The position numbers and the translations under genes were made by a program. Below are positions 49,075-59,606 of a stretch of 64,000 bases of DNA, one piece after another. A model generated the notes under the pieces. It saw nothing but the letters and a program-made list of their open reading frames with translations, did no database searches and was not told where the DNA came from. The first letter of the stretch is position 1; the number at the start of each line of letters is the position of its first letter. Origin of the DNA: an uncultured Gammaproteobacteria bacterium (GTDB taxonomy: Bacteria > Patescibacteriota > Microgenomatia > UBA8517); the NCBI GenBank assembly GCA_964427735.1, contig CAYRUS010000001.1, positions 25,856 to 89,855 on the forward strand. The letters are read 5' to 3'.

Positions 49075-49141
49075 AAGATATATAATACCCGAACTTATAT
49101 CGAAAGTTAAGTATGAGTTTGTATAAAATACCTCTTGACTA

Positions 49142-49155
49142 ATTCGGGTTTTATT
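49142..49155. promoter_or_regulatory. ATTCGGGTTTTATT, a 12/14 match to the dinB-operon upstream motif, in the spacer of a putative lexA promoter (TTGACT 49135-49140 ... TATTGT 49158-49163)
   Basis: Seen in the sequence. It is flanked by the inverted repeat ACCCGAA (49088-49094) ... TTCGGGT (49143-49149) and by GTATAAAATAC (49121-49131). Confidence 0.3.
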
Positions 49156-49190
49156 AGTATTGTATTTTTAATTAATTATTTTGAATCCCT

Positions 49191-49811
49191 ATGCCACCAG
49201 TAGTTTATAAAAGACAACGACAAATTTTAGATTTTATTAAGCAGCACATCCAGTCTAACGGAACTGCTCCTACACTAAGGCAAATTGCAGATGCAATTGG
49301 AGTTTCTTCTCTTGCTACTGTTCATGAACACCTTACAGCATTAGAGCAAAAGAAATTAATTAAAAGAAAAAGTGGAAAGACAAGAGCAATTGAGCTTGTT
49401 AATGATGAAATAAACTTCTCTCCAGAGGGTGTTGAAGTTCCAATTCTGGGATACATAGCAGCAGGTGAACCACTAGAGCCACATACAGATCCAAATGCAA
49501 CAATTTCTATTCCTCCAACTTTTAGTTCTTCTAAAAAGAGAGTTTTTGTTTTGCAAGTAAGAGGTGAATCCATGATAGAAGAACAAATAAGAGACGGTGA
49601 TTTTGTAGTTGTTGAGCAAACAGATGAAGTCAAAAATGGTGAGATTGTGGTAGCACTTTTGGAGACAGGAATGGCTACTCTAAAAAGATATTACAAAGAG
49701 GCAACCAGAATTAGGCTAGAACCAGCCAACTCATCAATGAGTCCGATCTTTGCCAAGAATGTGTCTGTACAAGGTAAAGTTGTCGGGCTAATTAGGAAGT
49801 ATAAAAATTAG
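49191..49811 (+). CDS. lexA: LexA repressor (S24 peptidase)
   Basis: N-terminal wHTH (LRQIADAIGVSSLATVHEHLTALEQKKLI). C-terminal Ser-Lys dyad (VRGESM ... TLKRY). Confidence 0.8.
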   Translation: MPPVVYKRQRQILDFIKQHIQSNGTAPTLRQIADAIGVSSLATVHEHLTALEQKKLIKRKSGKTRAIELVNDEINFSPEGVEVPILGYIAAGEPLEPHTDPNATISIPPTFSSSKKRVFVLQVRGESMIEEQIRDGDFVVVEQTDEVKNGEIVVALLETGMATLKRYYKEATRIRLEPANSSMSPIFAKNVSVQGKVVGLIRKYKN

Positions 49812-50412
49812 TCTCTTAAAATCATAGTTCACTAAAGATAAGTACTCCTTGTTTCATCTATCTCTTCATCACTTATATCCAGAAAAGAATAGGCCACATT
49901 CACAATTGCACGCTTTAATATAAACCCATTAAATGTAGTGATATTACTTCCTTTAATGATTCTTATTTCATCTGATTGGTTTTCACTCATCTCCTGAATA
50001 ATCGGTATGACGTCTAACTCAGATACTAATACTTTATCATCTGTTGTATCGATCAGCTGTCCTTCTTCATATGTATTGGATCTTCTTTGAACATCTCTTC
50101 AGATAAACAACGTGTATATTTGAAGTTATACCTATTTCTATAAGCTCACTTTTCAACCTTTCCATTTGCGAATATAATTGTATCTGCTTAGCTTCATTTA
50201 GAGATACTCTAGATTCGTGCAATAAATCACCCAATAGGATAACAATCTATATACAAATTCCCCTTATCTTTCGGCTTCTAAAATTAGAGTTTAAAAATTC
50301 ACTCGATGGTCTCCGAGGGATTGGATTGTGGTCATATCTTGTTTTATATTCTGCCATAAAAGATGATTTTAGCATTCTTATGGGGTAAATAATATTTCTC
50401 TGTAGACAATAA

Positions 50413-52071
50413 TTAAATCACACCTTTCAAAAGATTTCTTCCTGTCATCTCTGAAGGAATTGAGATACCAAGCAATGACAGCACTGTAGGAGCAATATCA
50501 GCCAATATTCCTCCTTGAAGCATCAGAGACTTTCCAGTGAACTCTTTTGATATAGCAATAAACGGTACTGGATTCGATGTATGTTCTGTTTCAATAGCAC
50601 CTGAACTTGTATTAATCATTTCCTCTGCATTGCCATGATCAGCTGTTATTAATAAAGTCCCACCAAAGGCTAAAACATAATTTGCCAGCTTTCCTATACA
50701 CTCATCAACAACCTCACAAGCTCGTACTGCAGGACCAATGCTTCCAGTATGGGCAACCATGTCTGCATTGGCAAAATTAATTAATACAAATGAGTAATTA
50801 TTATTTTTTGTTTGTTCGATGAGTCTATCCGTTAACTCATGGGCTGACATTTCCGGTTTGTTATCATATGTTTCAACATCAGGACTCGGAGCAATAATTC
50901 TTTCTTCTAATGGGAAAATTTCCTCTCTCATACCATTAAAATAAAATGTTACAAATCTCTCCTTTTCTGATTCTGCCATTCGAAGTTGTTTGTGACCATT
51001 TATATTTAATACTCTGCCCAGAGGCATATTTATAATTTCTGGAGGAAAAGCTATATGCACCCCATTTTTGGCAAGTTGTTTTGAGTATTCTGTCATTGTG
51101 ACAAAAAATAAATTAGATAAGACTTTTTCTCTCTGAAAAGTTCCTCCATTTCTTTTTGATTTTATTTGGTGTTTTTTTTCGTATTCGACCATAAATGGAT
51201 CAAAATCTTGTTCTGCTCCGGAAACTTCAAAATCTTTTAAAACAAATGCTTTAGCTAGTTGTCTAGGCCTGTCTATCCTAAAGTTGAAAAAAATAACTGA
51301 GTCATTGTCTTTTATTAAAGAAACAGGTTTCCCGTCTGATGTGGAAATAATAGAAGGCTCGATAAATTCATCTGTTTTTCCTTGAGAGTAAGAAAGTTCT
51401 ATTGCCTCTTCTGGAGTTTTTACTAGATGTCCTTTGCCTTGAGTCAATGCATCATAGGCTGCCCTTGTCCTCTCCCAACGCATGTCTCGATCCATTGCCC
51501 AATACCTACCCATAAGACTTGCAATTTGACCTGTTCTTTCTCTTTTTATTACCTCTCTTATTTTGTTTATATATGTAAGTGATGAGGTGGGTGGAGAATC
51601 TCTACCATCAGTAAATAAGTGTAGATACAATTTATCAAAATTTTCCTGTTTTACTAATCTAATTAGTGCAAAAAGGTGCTCAATATTTGAATGCACGCCA
51701 CCTGCACCAGTTAATCCCATTATATGCAAATCAGAATTATTGGTTTTAGCATGATTTATTGCATTTATTAGTACTTGATTACTAAAAAATGTACCATCTG
51801 CAATAGACATATTTATTCTCGCAACATCTTGATAAACAATCATTCCTGCTCCAATATTAAGATGTCCTGTTTCAGTATTACCTGGTTCACCACGAGGTAA
51901 ACCTACTGCTTGTCCTGAGGCTGTAAGAAGTGTATGTGGGTAAGCTGCCCAGAATCTATCAATATTTATAGTTCGCGCCTGATAAATAGCATTACCAGGA
52001 CCGGGAGGAGCTGATCCCCATCCATCCAAAACTGCGAGTATAACAGGCTTTCTTCCATCATTGCTGTCCAT
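50413..52071 (-). CDS. gpmI: 2,3-bisphosphoglycerate-independent phosphoglycerate mutase
   Basis: ...PVILAVLDGWG...NTETGHLNIGAG... iPGM motifs. I set the start to MDSNDG, because the longest ORF overlaps eno by 47 nt. Confidence 0.8.
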   Translation of the reverse strand: MDSNDGRKPVILAVLDGWGSAPPGPGNAIYQARTINIDRFWAAYPHTLLTASGQAVGLPRGEPGNTETGHLNIGAGMIVYQDVARINMSIADGTFFSNQVLINAINHAKTNNSDLHIMGLTGAGGVHSNIEHLFALIRLVKQENFDKLYLHLFTDGRDSPPTSSLTYINKIREVIKRERTGQIASLMGRYWAMDRDMRWERTRAAYDALTQGKGHLVKTPEEAIELSYSQGKTDEFIEPSIISTSDGKPVSLIKDNDSVIFFNFRIDRPRQLAKAFVLKDFEVSGAEQDFDPFMVEYEKKHQIKSKRNGGTFQREKVLSNLFFVTMTEYSKQLAKNGVHIAFPPEIINMPLGRVLNINGHKQLRMAESEKERFVTFYFNGMREEIFPLEERIIAPSPDVETYDNKPEMSAHELTDRLIEQTKNNNYSFVLINFANADMVAHTGSIGPAVRACEVVDECIGKLANYVLAFGGTLLITADHGNAEEMINTSSGAIETEHTSNPVPFIAISKEFTGKSLMLQGGILADIAPTVLSLLGISIPSEMTGRNLLKGVI

Positions 52072-53344
52072 TTTGAGGTTTAGAGTATGACAATTCTGTC
52101 TCAATACTCAAAAGTCTGTTATATTTTGCAACTCTTTCTCCTCTTGCAGGAGCACCAAATTTTACATAGTCTGCTCCTACCCCAACAGAGAAATCAGCAA
52201 TAAACCAATCATTAGTTTCTCCAGATCTATGGGAAACTATTACTTTCCAGTTTGCATCTCTTGCCATTTTTATGACTCTTAATGTCTCTGTAACTGTTCC
52301 TATTTGATTTGGTTTTACAAGTACAGCATTGCAAGCATTTTCTTTTATTGCTTTACTCACGCGCTTTTCATTAGTTGCCAAAAGATCATCTCCTACCACA
52401 ACAACTTGTCCGCCTAAAGCTGCATTTAACTTTTTCCAACTATCCCAGGCATCTTCGTGGTAAGGATCTTCCAACATTGCCAAGTGGTAGTTGTTGTTTA
52501 GGGTTTTATAAAATTCAAGCATGTCTTCGTCATCCATGGGGGTCGTCTTGTCTCTAATAACATACTCACCATTTTTATAAAAGACAGATGCAGCGACATC
52601 TAATCCAAAAAACACATCACGTCCAAGTGAATAACCAGCTTCTCTAATTGATTCTACAAGAACCTCGAAAGCATCAGCGTTTGTAAACAAATTAGGTGCG
52701 TATCCACCTTCATCACCCACAGAGTGAATTGCATTTTTTCTTTCGAGATTTTCACCTACTGTCATATATATTTCAACAGCACTTTGTAAACCCTCGCTAT
52801 AAGTTTTGTTTGATGCTGGTATAACCCAAAACTCCTGAAAATCCAAGTTTCCTGCTCCATGAAGCCCACCATTAATCATGTTAAAAGTAGGTGTGGGAAT
52901 CTTGTATGAAGGCTGGAGTCCTATTTGTCTTGCCATGTCTGCTACTCTTTCATACACACTCACTCCTAAAGCTGCCGCAGAAGCTTTTGTAACTGCTTCT
53001 GAAATTGAAAGTATCGCATTTGCTCCTAATTTGGATTTGTTTTCAGTACCATCTTCTCTAATCATGATTGCATCAATATCATGCTGATTCACTGGATCCT
53101 GACCAACAATCCTCGGTCCTAAAACTCTATTTACATTCTCAACTGCTTTGGTAACACCCTTTCCCTTGAATCTTTCACTAATGTTGTCTCTTAACTCTAG
53201 AGCTTCGTGCGTACCAGTAGATTCACCTGAAGGAACAGAAGAAACAGAAATATACCCTGTATCCAATTGACAAGCAGTCTCTACCGTAGGTCTTCCTCGG
53301 GAGTCTAATATTTCTCTAGCCCAAATTCTCGCTATCTTAGCCAT
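52058..53344 (-). CDS. eno: Enolase
   Basis: MAKIARIWAREILDSRGRPTVE...SGESTGTHEALELRD. Confidence 0.9.
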   Translation of the reverse strand: MAKIARIWAREILDSRGRPTVETACQLDTGYISVSSVPSGESTGTHEALELRDNISERFKGKGVTKAVENVNRVLGPRIVGQDPVNQHDIDAIMIREDGTENKSKLGANAILSISEAVTKASAAALGVSVYERVADMARQIGLQPSYKIPTPTFNMINGGLHGAGNLDFQEFWVIPASNKTYSEGLQSAVEIYMTVGENLERKNAIHSVGDEGGYAPNLFTNADAFEVLVESIREAGYSLGRDVFFGLDVAASVFYKNGEYVIRDKTTPMDDEDMLEFYKTLNNNYHLAMLEDPYHEDAWDSWKKLNAALGGQVVVVGDDLLATNEKRVSKAIKENACNAVLVKPNQIGTVTETLRVIKMARDANWKVIVSHRSGETNDWFIADFSVGVGADYVKFGAPARGERVAKYNRLLSIETELSYSKPQNGQQ

Positions 53345-53346
53345 TT

Positions 53347-55629
53347 TTATCTACCTGTTACTAGTTTTTCTTCAGCATCCATTATCGCTCCTCTAGCTCT
53401 GTTTATGGCATCTGGGTTAACAGAAATGCTAGTTATTCCATATCTCACCAGTTTTTCTATCAACCCATCGTAAACAGAGACTGATTGTCCACAAATTGAT
53501 GATGTAATCCCATATTTTTTGCAAGTTTTAATTGTTCTTCTTAAGGCCCACATAACCGCTTTTGATTGCTCATCAAATGCCTGAGCAACCTCAGCATTAT
53601 CTCGATCTGTTCCAGATATAAGCATAGTTAAATCGTTTGAACCAATTGATACTCCGTCAATTCCAACATCAATAAAGTCTTTAAGTTGGATAACATTAAC
53701 AGGCAATTCAACCATCATCCAGAATTTAAAGCTGGATTCTTCAAATAAACCTTCTGTGGCAACAATCCTTCTTACTTGTCTAAGTTCTTCTGGAGATCGT
53801 ACAAAAGGAATCATAATCCAAAGATTTTTGTACTTTTGTCTTACTTTTTTAATTGCTCTTAATTCAAGCGTAAATACTTCTGGATTAGAAATGTATCTAT
53901 AAGCACCTCTATAACCAAGCATTGGGTTTGGTTCCTCAGGTTCCCAGGTCTTTCCTCCGGGAAGAGATCTATACTCATTTGTCTTGAAATCTGTTGCTCT
54001 GTAAACTACCGGACGATCTCCAAAAGCTTTGGCAAATCTCTCTAGATCCTTAGCTAATTTATCAACAAATCCTTCTTGTTTTTTCTCCTTAATAGCTTCT
54101 CGTGGGTGAATTCCAATGTTTGCAATCATAAATTCAGCTCTTAGAAGACCGACCCCATCAACATTTTGTTTTGCCATCTTACTAGCTAACTCAGGTTCTG
54201 CTAAATTGACATACAATTTTGTTGCTGTCTTTTTGGTTATTATTTTTTCTTTTGGCTTTTGGCTCTCCGACTTTATTTTGATGTTGCTTCCCAAGTACAC
54301 AAGTCCACGGCTGCCATCAACAGTTACAACATCTCCTTCTTTTAAGTTTTGAGTTGCATTCCCAGTCCCTACCACACATGGAACCCCTAATTCTCTTGAT
54401 ACAATGGCAGCATGAGAAGTCAATCCACCCTCGTTTGTGATAATGGCAGAAGCCTTTTTCATTGCTGGAACAAAGTCAGGAGAAGTCATTTCAGCAACAA
54501 GAACATCTCCCTGTGAGACCTTTTTTAACTCTTTAGGATTTCGCACAATCCTAACATGACCTGTTCCCACTCCCGGGCTTGCAGGTGTACCTGTAAGTCG
54601 TGGTAATTCTGCTGTTTCATATCCATCAGCAGCTTCCTGTTTTGATTTATGCACCTTTTCAATAGTTGTTATTGGCCTTGTCTGGGTTATATAGAGTTTC
54701 TTTCCTTCTTTTGCCCATTCTATATCTTGTGGATGGTAATAGTGTTTTTGAAGTTTGTCAGCAAATTTAGCTAAAGTTACAATTTCATTATCACTAAGCT
54801 TTCTAAGATCAACCATATATTTAGGTACATTCCTTTCCTTTGTTACTGAACCTTTACGACTAAGCATAATTCTCTGATCAGAAACCTTTTTAGAAAGAAT
54901 TGCAAAAGTATCTTTTTGGACTACATATCGATCAGGAACTACTTGTCCTTGCACAATCATTTCCCCAAGTCCCCAGACAGCTTCAATAACTATTCTTTCT
55001 TTGTCGTTTGTTACAGGATCAATGCTAAACATAACCCCTGAGCTATCAGACTGAACCATTTTTTGGACTATTACAGAAATTTTTACTTTTTCGTGAAGAA
55101 TCCTATTCTCAACGCGGTAAAAAATTGCTCTGGCGGTAAAAAGTGAGGCCCATGCCTCTCTCACAATATGAAGCAAGTTAGCTTCACCTTTGATATTTAA
55201 AAATGAAGCCATCTGTCCTGCGAAGCTTGCTGTCGGTAAATCCTCAGCAGTAGCACTCGACCTTACTGCAACATAGCTATTTCTAAATCTTCCTGACAAA
55301 CGTTTGTAAGCTTTAAAGATTTCTTTTGTCACCTCGTGTGGAACTTCACTTTTTGTAATTAATCTTTGAATCCCTTCCGCGGTTCTTTGAAGCTCTTCCG
55401 AATTTTCTACATCTACAGATTCAAGTCTGCTATAAATTTCTTCAGCAAGGTTATTTTCTTTTAGGAAAATATCATAACCTTCTACTGTAACTGCGAAACC
55501 ATTGGGGACAGGGAAACCTTCCCTAACCATCTCTCCCAAGTTTGCAGCTTTACCTCCTACCAAAGGTAGGCTGTCTTTGTCTATATCTTTAAAAAATGCA
55601 ACTATTGGAATTTGCTTTTGGGCAGCCAT
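53347..55629 (-). CDS. ppsA: Phosphoenolpyruvate synthase (PEP-utilising enzyme family; PPDK not excluded)
   Basis: N-terminal ATP-grasp region (...LPLVGGKAANLGEM...PNGFAVT). Phospho-His domain GGLTSHAAIVSRELGVPCVVG. C-terminal TIM-barrel PEP domain. 760 aa. Confidence 0.75.
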   Translation of the reverse strand: MAAQKQIPIVAFFKDIDKDSLPLVGGKAANLGEMVREGFPVPNGFAVTVEGYDIFLKENNLAEEIYSRLESVDVENSEELQRTAEGIQRLITKSEVPHEVTKEIFKAYKRLSGRFRNSYVAVRSSATAEDLPTASFAGQMASFLNIKGEANLLHIVREAWASLFTARAIFYRVENRILHEKVKISVIVQKMVQSDSSGVMFSIDPVTNDKERIVIEAVWGLGEMIVQGQVVPDRYVVQKDTFAILSKKVSDQRIMLSRKGSVTKERNVPKYMVDLRKLSDNEIVTLAKFADKLQKHYYHPQDIEWAKEGKKLYITQTRPITTIEKVHKSKQEAADGYETAELPRLTGTPASPGVGTGHVRIVRNPKELKKVSQGDVLVAEMTSPDFVPAMKKASAIITNEGGLTSHAAIVSRELGVPCVVGTGNATQNLKEGDVVTVDGSRGLVYLGSNIKIKSESQKPKEKIITKKTATKLYVNLAEPELASKMAKQNVDGVGLLRAEFMIANIGIHPREAIKEKKQEGFVDKLAKDLERFAKAFGDRPVVYRATDFKTNEYRSLPGGKTWEPEEPNPMLGYRGAYRYISNPEVFTLELRAIKKVRQKYKNLWIMIPFVRSPEELRQVRRIVATEGLFEESSFKFWMMVELPVNVIQLKDFIDVGIDGVSIGSNDLTMLISGTDRDNAEVAQAFDEQSKAVMWALRRTIKTCKKYGITSSICGQSVSVYDGLIEKLVRYGITSISVNPDAINRARGAIMDAEEKLVTGR

Positions 55630-55741
55630 TTCTACTTAATAATATGGTAGAAAATGAAAGATAGCAAGTTGATTTGCATTAAAGTAAATAATACTAATAT
55701 TGTACGACTACCTTGCAGGGAGTCTCCTTGAAAGGATGACC

Positions 55742-56812
55742 TTAATTTTTTAGTTTTTCTTTGAAATAATCAACCCAAGGAATTGGCCCTGGATCGATTC
55801 CATAAAGAATTGCCAAATAAAATTGAACATATGACCCATATATTAAGATCTCAAATACATCTTCTAACTTTGAAGTCCCTTGGGTTTTATAAATACCAGT
55901 AGCTATCTCATTTTTTTCAATTACTTCCCTGGTAATTGGGTATCTCTTTTTTATTAGTTCAGAATAATTGTCTGATTCTATAAATAGAAAATATAAAAGG
56001 TCCCGCATTTGAACAGGATAACGAAGTCCTTCTAACAAATGATGGTTCGCCTCAGGGATATCAAAACTGGCACTAAAAGTCTTTGCTGTTTCATTCAATT
56101 GGTTTTTTAACACATGAGCAGAACCAACCAAATGATCACTTGAAATTAAAACAGGTATCTTACCCAAAAGTTTTCTAGCCTGAAGCTTGGCTAGATTTTC
56201 CCTCTCCGGCACTTCGATTCCAAAATGCTTTGAGTAATTAGACATTTTAGTAACCAAGGAACTCATTTCACCATTTGTAAGATGTATAAATGAACATCTA
56301 GATAAAAGACCAATTATTGCAGAAATAGAATATCCTAATGCCAATCTGGGTTGTCCGCTAGGATTCTCTACTGGATCAAAAATATATGCAGGAATGTCCT
56401 CTTTTTTTGCAATTTCAGATAGTTTTCCACCTGTTGTAACTACAAATAATGCAGCTTTTTTATTGTAAGCATCATAAAAACCAGATACAGTTTCTTCAGT
56501 GTTACCCGAGTAAGAAGAAATTACAACTAAAGTTTTAGGTCCTACGTAATTTGGTATGTGATACTCTGTGAATACTTCGATTGGAACCCTTGCTCTATGC
56601 TGAATTAATGAATCAATAACCCTGCCACCTAATGCAGATCCACCCATACCAGCTATGACAACATTGCTTACTGTACTACACGAAGAAGGTATCTCTTCTT
56701 GGGTAATTTCCTTCCACGATTGTTCTACTTGACTAGGTATCAATTTAATCGATTCATAAACACCTAAATTATCTAGCTTTCTTATTTCGTCTATATTATC
56801 TAGATTAACCAT
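55742..56812 (-). CDS. Bifunctional phosphoglucose/phosphomannose isomerase (archaeal-type SIS-domain PGI/PMI)
   Basis: SIS motif VVIAGMGGSALGG. ~350 aa. Confidence 0.6.
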   Translation of the reverse strand: MVNLDNIDEIRKLDNLGVYESIKLIPSQVEQSWKEITQEEIPSSCSTVSNVVIAGMGGSALGGRVIDSLIQHRARVPIEVFTEYHIPNYVGPKTLVVISSYSGNTEETVSGFYDAYNKKAALFVVTTGGKLSEIAKKEDIPAYIFDPVENPSGQPRLALGYSISAIIGLLSRCSFIHLTNGEMSSLVTKMSNYSKHFGIEVPERENLAKLQARKLLGKIPVLISSDHLVGSAHVLKNQLNETAKTFSASFDIPEANHHLLEGLRYPVQMRDLLYFLFIESDNYSELIKKRYPITREVIEKNEIATGIYKTQGTSKLEDVFEILIYGSYVQFYLAILYGIDPGPIPWVDYFKEKLKN

Positions 56813-58139
56813 TTTTTATAATTTTATTAACTAATTCAATTCCTTGTGACAAAAGTTCTTTTGACCTTGATTCAGAAGTGCTTTCTACAAATACCCTAAA
56901 TTCAGGAGCATTTGTTGATGATCTAAAAAGAATCCATGTATTTTCATTCATCCATATTTTAAGTCCATCTGTTTCGTCTATTTTCTCTCCTTTAAATTTT
57001 TCTTTTGCTTTTTCGATTATTTTATCTTTCATTTCCCATTTGAAATCAACTTTGTCACGAGAGATGTAAAATTTTGGATATCCCATTACAAGTTCTGATA
57101 AAGTTTTCCCTAATTCTGCTAGTATATTAATAATTTCTATTGTGGTTCTGCCCCCGTCACGACTCATCATATCTTTAAATATCCCACCACCATTTGCTTC
57201 AAAGCCAAAATTCGCTCCTACACTTTTCATCTTTGATATTACTTGTGAAGAGCCTACTTTTGTGCGATAAACAGTCTTTCCAATCATCTCAACAACTTGT
57301 GATGAGTTTATTGGAGTTACAACATTGTCTCCGTCTGTGTGTTCAGAAATAATAGAACCTGTGTAGTCCCCAGGTATAAACACTCCATTTTCATCAATAA
57401 AAATAGCTCTGTCTCCATCAGAATCATATCCAATTCCAAAATCTGCTCCTGCCTCTTTTACCTTCTCTTGCAGTTCTTTAAAATCCCCTTGTACTTCTGT
57501 GTCTCTTGAATAAAATTCATTTTGTATGCTTGCATTAATTTCTATTACATTTAAACCTATTTTCTCTAAAACCCAAGGCATTACATCAGACTGTGCGCCA
57601 TTACCAGGATCAACTACTACTCGGTATCTTGGCATTTCTTCACTGGCTTTTCCTACGAGATAGTTTTGATATTCTTCCTTTGCTGAATTGTCTTTTTCAG
57701 GAACACCAATTTCTCTAAATTCCACTTTTTCAGAAATTATAAGATATTCTTCTTCAAGTTCTTTTTCATGCTCTTTCATGATTTCTTCTCCGAAAGCAAA
57801 AAGCTTAACACCATTTAAATGAGGTTTTATGTGGCTTCCTGATATCATCAAACTACCTGCTAAATATGGTTTAGCTATTAATATATAGTTAACAGCAGGT
57901 ATGGGAATTACTCCTTGGTCCAAAACATCATAACCTTCATACATCAATCCAGAAGAAATTGCTTTTTTTATTCTAGGGCTTGATTCTCTTGGGTCCATTC
58001 CAATAGCAACCTCACCTCTTCGATTATGATTTTTTAGAAACTTTCCAAATGCCCTTCCGACATCAAAAGAGAATTGATTCGTAAAGAGCTTCTCTGCGTC
58101 ACCACGAATTCCAGTGGTACCGAACTGAAGCTTAGCCAT
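56805..58139 (-). CDS. Phosphoglucomutase/phosphomannomutase-family enzyme
   Basis: N-terminal GTTGIRG. Active-site region ISGSHIKPHLNGVK. Four-domain length of 444 aa. Confidence 0.65.
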   Translation of the reverse strand: MAKLQFGTTGIRGDAEKLFTNQFSFDVGRAFGKFLKNHNRRGEVAIGMDPRESSPRIKKAISSGLMYEGYDVLDQGVIPIPAVNYILIAKPYLAGSLMISGSHIKPHLNGVKLFAFGEEIMKEHEKELEEEYLIISEKVEFREIGVPEKDNSAKEEYQNYLVGKASEEMPRYRVVVDPGNGAQSDVMPWVLEKIGLNVIEINASIQNEFYSRDTEVQGDFKELQEKVKEAGADFGIGYDSDGDRAIFIDENGVFIPGDYTGSIISEHTDGDNVVTPINSSQVVEMIGKTVYRTKVGSSQVISKMKSVGANFGFEANGGGIFKDMMSRDGGRTTIEIINILAELGKTLSELVMGYPKFYISRDKVDFKWEMKDKIIEKAKEKFKGEKIDETDGLKIWMNENTWILFRSSTNAPEFRVFVESTSESRSKELLSQGIELVNKIIKNG

Positions 58140-58143
58140 TAAT

Positions 58144-58821
58144 TCATTCTAGGCTTCTGATGAATAAAAGGTCAAGAGAGTCAATTAACTTAGCATTGGA
58201 TTGTTTTACTTCCATGTCAATTCTTGCTAACTCATCTATTACTTTTTTAATTTTTTCTTTGCCAAGTTTTAAAGCCTGAACTTTTAATTTCTTAACTCTC
58301 CAGTCGGGATAAATCATACTTTTTTCATCAACTAATACCCAATATAAATCCCGAAGGTGCCTTCCAAATAAAAATACTATTAATTCTACTGGCTCCTTTT
58401 TAATTAGTTCATGAAACTCAGCCAACACGTTTTTTGTGTTACCTGGAATAAAACTATCAAGAAATTTAAAAATGTTCGCTGATAGATCATATTTTTCAAC
58501 CTTAGACACTGAAGGAAGTTTTTTTATAGTACTAGCATTAACTTCTCCTTCATTATAAATAATAAGAGTAGCGTTTATATTATTTTCATTTTCTTGTAGC
58601 CATTTATAATCCTTTGGTGCTACTGAATTTACACCGTCTACTATAAATAATTTTTTATCATCAAATAAACTAATTGCTGTTAATTCTTCTTTTAAGGTAT
58701 CAGTATCTTTTTTCCCAAATCTCCCTATTTGCCAGCCTCTTTTTCTACCTGAGTCTACAAATGTATTTATTCTTTGATGAATTTTAGGAGTATTGTCTCC
58801 ATGAACTAAAATAAGTTTCAT
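58144..58821 (-). CDS. holA: DNA polymerase III delta-subunit-like protein (short)
   Basis: MKLILVHGDN...ISLFDDKKLFIV resembles the HolA N-terminal domain. Tentative. Confidence 0.45.
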   Translation of the reverse strand: MKLILVHGDNTPKIHQRINTFVDSGRKRGWQIGRFGKKDTDTLKEELTAISLFDDKKLFIVDGVNSVAPKDYKWLQENENNINATLIIYNEGEVNASTIKKLPSVSKVEKYDLSANIFKFLDSFIPGNTKNVLAEFHELIKKEPVELIVFLFGRHLRDLYWVLVDEKSMIYPDWRVKKLKVQALKLGKEKIKKVIDELARIDMEVKQSNAKLIDSLDLLFIRSLE

Positions 58822-59222
58822 TTTTTCTTATTGTAAGCTGACATTAAGTTTCTTACTCTGTCTTCAAAGTTTCTTTTGCCTTTTCTTGTATGTGGTAATA
58901 AACTGCCTGAAAAGTTCCTTGGGATATGAGCTAACTCGTGCATTAAAACTTCATCCTGTCTTTTCTTAGGTAAACGATCAAATTCTTCTGATAAAACTTC
59001 AATAACATACGCAGGTTTTATCTCAAGTGCCTGCTGCCATACGCGAGGTAAACCCCATATTCGTGCATACACTCTTGCAGTTGAATTTTTAGATCGGTAA
59101 CAAAAGATCCTATCTATATCCAACCATCCTTCACCAACACTATCTGCTATTTTTTCTATTCTTATTTTTATGTCAACTGCTTCTTCCCAAACCAGTTTTT
59201 CTGTTTTCTTTTTCCTTCTCAT
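58818..59222 (-). CDS. Putative small Zn-metallopeptidase (HExxH)
   Basis: VLMHELAHI motif. 134 aa. ATGA overlap with holA. Confidence 0.4.
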   Translation of the reverse strand: MRRKKKTEKLVWEEAVDIKIRIEKIADSVGEGWLDIDRIFCYRSKNSTARVYARIWGLPRVWQQALEIKPAYVIEVLSEEFDRLPKKRQDEVLMHELAHIPRNFSGSLLPHTRKGKRNFEDRVRNLMSAYNKKK

Positions 59223-59225
59223 ACA

Positions 59226-59501
59226 CTAGACAACTTTAAAGATATTTGATCCTGGAATTACTTTTCTTTCTGCTACTAAAGCAACTGTCATACCGCTTTT
59301 TGCAGATTGAATACTGCTATTTTCTACTTTTATAGTGTTTACTTTTTGAATAAATGAGTATTCATCTGATTCAACTTTTATCATTTCACCTACTCCTAAA
59401 TCAGCTTTGAGGTCTACTATCATTAGATTTGATTTTTCATAGTAATATTTTACTTTTCCTACTTTGTATAAAACCGAGACGCTTTTATTTATTTCTTCCA
59501 T
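59226..59501 (-). CDS. Small hypothetical beta-rich protein
   Basis: 91-aa ORF. Confidence 0.3.
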   Translation of the reverse strand: MEEINKSVSVLYKVGKVKYYYEKSNLMIVDLKADLGVGEMIKVESDEYSFIQKVNTIKVENSSIQSAKSGMTVALVAERKVIPGSNIFKVV

Positions 59502-59606
59502 TAATGATTTTCACTAAACTATCCATAAACTTATATTTTCAGCAAACTTACTGCCATTATATTATCAGGCACTTGTATATACAAATAAAAAGAAAGAAGC
59601 AAGTTA

